From Cyanobacteria bacterium J06626_4 (GTDB lineage: Bacteria > Cyanobacteriota > Cyanobacteriia > Phormidesmidales > Phormidesmidaceae), in the NCBI GenBank assembly GCA_038523235.1, contig JBCBJQ010000051.1, positions 1 through 40,635 on the forward strand: 40,635 bases of DNA. Direction: 5' to 3'. Under the pieces are notes generated by a model. The model searched no databases. It was not told the DNA's origin and saw only the letters and a program-made list of their open reading frames with translations. Of this stretch, positions 38,620-40,635 are shown piece by piece (positions within the stretch are counted from its first letter, which is position 1; each line of letters opens with the position of its first letter). Position numbers and translations under genes: made by a program.

Positions 38620-39393
38620 ATGGGCGTCGAATTTCTCATCCTGACAATTTATTTCATCTGCGTGATCTATGTGATCTACCAGATGGCGCTGTCGGTCGAG
38701 GCCAAACGCGAAGACCAATTCGAGATTGAGTTCGATGGTGAGACGTTGCAGGCGGCGATTGCAACTCAGCTCGCCCAGCAAACCCTCTACGACGTCGAAA
38801 CTGAGGTGGTGTCTCAGGGCCATGCCCTGTTAAAGATGACCTTTTTGAATCAGAAACAGCCGGTCGGTGTGGTGGCTGTGCAGATGGGGCCGGTCGGCAA
38901 GCAACCTTTGGAACCTCCGATCAAAAACCTCAACGTCAGCATCGCCAATACTTTGCCTGATCAGCAGGTATTTATCAATTGGGATCACAGTGCGATCGCG
39001 GTGTATGGCGGGCCCGCCCAGCGGGTCATTCGTCAGGTGCCGGGGCGACCTACTGACTTATTGCAGCCGCAGGTGTACACAGTGGTCAATCCGCAACTGC
39101 AGACCAATGTCGCGGTGACCGGGGAAAACATGCTCAGCCGCCCCGCCGATCAGATGGCGCTAGAAATCGGCTCATCTCTCATCGATATGAAGCAGATTCC
39201 CAAATTTAAAGAGCAGCAGCGGCAATATAGCCTGCGACTGCTGATGTGGGTGCGATCGATGGCGTATCCCGACAGTCCGGCGATGCAGTTACTGCTGCCT
39301 TTTACCTTTCAAATCAAGGTGCTGCCGGATCATGTGGCGCTGCCCGTGCTGAGCTGGCTGCTCAATCTCAACCCGTTTGCCCCCAATTCTTAG
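38620..39393 (+). CDS. Hypothetical protein with N-terminal membrane anchor
   Basis: 257 aa ORF, N-terminal hydrophobic helix, normal codon/HIP1 pattern. Confidence 0.8.
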   Translation: MGVEFLILTIYFICVIYVIYQMALSVEAKREDQFEIEFDGETLQAAIATQLAQQTLYDVETEVVSQGHALLKMTFLNQKQPVGVVAVQMGPVGKQPLEPPIKNLNVSIANTLPDQQVFINWDHSAIAVYGGPAQRVIRQVPGRPTDLLQPQVYTVVNPQLQTNVAVTGENMLSRPADQMALEIGSSLIDMKQIPKFKEQQRQYSLRLLMWVRSMAYPDSPAMQLLLPFTFQIKVLPDHVALPVLSWLLNLNPFAPNS

Positions 39394-39401
39394 CGCAGAC
39401 C

Positions 39402-39420
39402 GTAGGGTGGGCACAGCCCA
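39402..39420 (+). repeat. GTAG-type REP-like element (partial)
   Basis: GTAG-GG-TGGGC-ACA-GCCCA immediately after a stop codon. Confidence 0.5.
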
Positions 39421-39778
39421 GATGATCTGCGTCTGCTCTGAACAGGGAAGTCGGCAAGCTGAAGCGAAAAAATCTTAGAAAATCTGTTTTTCTATCTCCC
39501 GATTTGAAGAGTATCCTTTGTGGCGATCTCTCTCCGCCGATTGAACCGTAAACTTCGTCACGGGAGCTGTAGGAATTGGGATATAACCTTGGATATTCCT
39601 GACTAGACAACAAGCACGACTTTTAGACGGGCCGTCAGTGAGGGTATAGCGGTGTCTCGATCTCTCATCGAACTATTAGAAAAGTCTCATGCAGAGCTTA
39701 ACTGCCTCGGCCACAGTGCTGTAAAGGCGGTGCCCTGAGTCTGATGTTGACCTTTGTTGTAATCTCCCCCTTCTACCT

Positions 39779-40635
39779 ATGACTTCTGCACAACTGTCTG
39801 GCGGGTTTCGACCCAAGTTAGCGACCTTATTGATGTTTGGCACGCTGGCGATCGCCGCGCTGATAGCGAGTGCCTGGTTTGCGGGCAACGGGGTAATTTC
39901 GACCATTTTTGAGCAGCTCGACCATTTGCAGCAGCACCCGCCGGTCTGGGCCATGACGCCCATGGCTGTGGGGCAATATTTTCTGTTTTGGGCGGCAGCG
40001 CTCATGGTTTTGGTGTGGGGCATCATGCACCTTTCGCCAGTGCCTCAACCCTGGTCGCGCACGGTGGTGGTGCTGATTTTGGGCGTCTTGACGCTGCGCT
40101 ACTTGTTTTGGCGCTCGACCTCAACCCTCAACCTGAGTACGCCGTTAGACGGAGTATTTAGCCTGGGGCTGTTTGCGCTAGAGCTGCTGATTTTGTTTAG
40201 TGGCATTGTGCAGCTGTTTTTGCTGTTGCGGGTGCGCGATCGCCGCAAAGCGGCTGACCAGCTGGCGCAATCGGTCGCGAGTGGCGAGTATGCGCCCACC
40301 GTGGATGTGCTGATTGCCACCTACGACGAACCCGAATTCATTCTGCGGCGCACAGTGATTGGCTGTCAGGCCATGGAGTATGGCCCCAAAACAATCTATT
40401 TGCTGGATGACACGCGCCGCCCGGCGATCAAAGCGCTGGCCGCTGAGCTGGGCTGCGAATATATCACCCGACCAGACAACCAGCATGCCAAAGCCGGTAA
40501 CCTCAATCATGCGATTCCCAAAACTCAGGGTGAACTGCTGGCCCTGTTTGATGCCGACTTTGTGCCCACGACCAACTTTTTGACTCGCACCTTGGGCTTT
40601 TTTCAAGACCCGCAGGTGGCGCTGGTACAGACGCC
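39779..40635 (+). CDS. bcsA: Cellulose synthase catalytic subunit-like GT2, truncated by the window end
   Basis: Absent from the ORF track because it has no stop in the window; manual translation gives MTSAQL..., RYLFWR, VDVLIATYDEP, LLDDTRR, HAKAGNLN, FDADFVP, VQTP. Confidence 0.88.
   Translation, partial: MTSAQLSGGFRPKLATLLMFGTLAIAALIASAWFAGNGVISTIFEQLDHLQQHPPVWAMTPMAVGQYFLFWAAALMVLVWGIMHLSPVPQPWSRTVVVLILGVLTLRYLFWRSTSTLNLSTPLDGVFSLGLFALELLILFSGIVQLFLLLRVRDRRKAADQLAQSVASGEYAPTVDVLIATYDEPEFILRRTVIGCQAMEYGPKTIYLLDDTRRPAIKALAAELGCEYITRPDNQHAKAGNLNHAIPKTQGELLALFDADFVPTTNFLTRTLGFFQDPQVALVQT

Larger units (their letters stand above)
1..40635. repeat. HIP1 octamer (GCGATCGC), highly iterated across the window
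   Basis: Many copies, e.g. 1016-1023, 1090-1097, 2203-2210, 35161-35168, 37746-37753; HIP1 is a known hallmark of many cyanobacterial genomes. Confidence 0.95.

Overview
Chromosomal window from a filamentous beta-cyanobacterium (Leptolyngbya/Nodosilinea-like by inference), judged from dense HIP1 (GCGATCGC) sites and the presence of CP12, NdhR, McdAB-like and PEP-CTERM genes. Most of it is ordinary core or dispersed genes: trmFO, GT2/GT4 glycosyltransferases, cbiG-cobJ, msrP, DUF72, TspO-like, fcl, chrA, a racemase, a DMT transporter, ureA/ureB, an RluD-type synthase and a window-truncated cellulose-synthase-like gene. The most interesting stretch is 24.3-30.7 kb, a carbon-fixation-related neighbourhood. 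It holds ndhR/ccmR with an ATAG-N8-CTAT site, a CP12 lacking its C-terminal cysteines, an orphan PII-like DUF190 gene and a type-2 mcdAB pair. Interleaved non-coding structure includes two inverted copies of a 146-nt folded repeat (5 mismatches), a terminator-bounded AT-rich candidate sRNA and a perfect 56-bp spacerless palindrome on the mcdB stop codon. Other notable items are a PhnD-like binding lipoprotein abutting a sensor kinase behind a Pho-box-like triple repeat, a RusA + REase nuclease pair, a TetR with two readable operators, a 33 x 15-bp VNTR in a PEP-CTERM gene, and a decayed IS1 next to an AT-rich, HIP1-free exostosin-like gene. No rRNA, tRNA or CRISPR array was seen. All family assignments come from motif recognition by eye, with no database searches.
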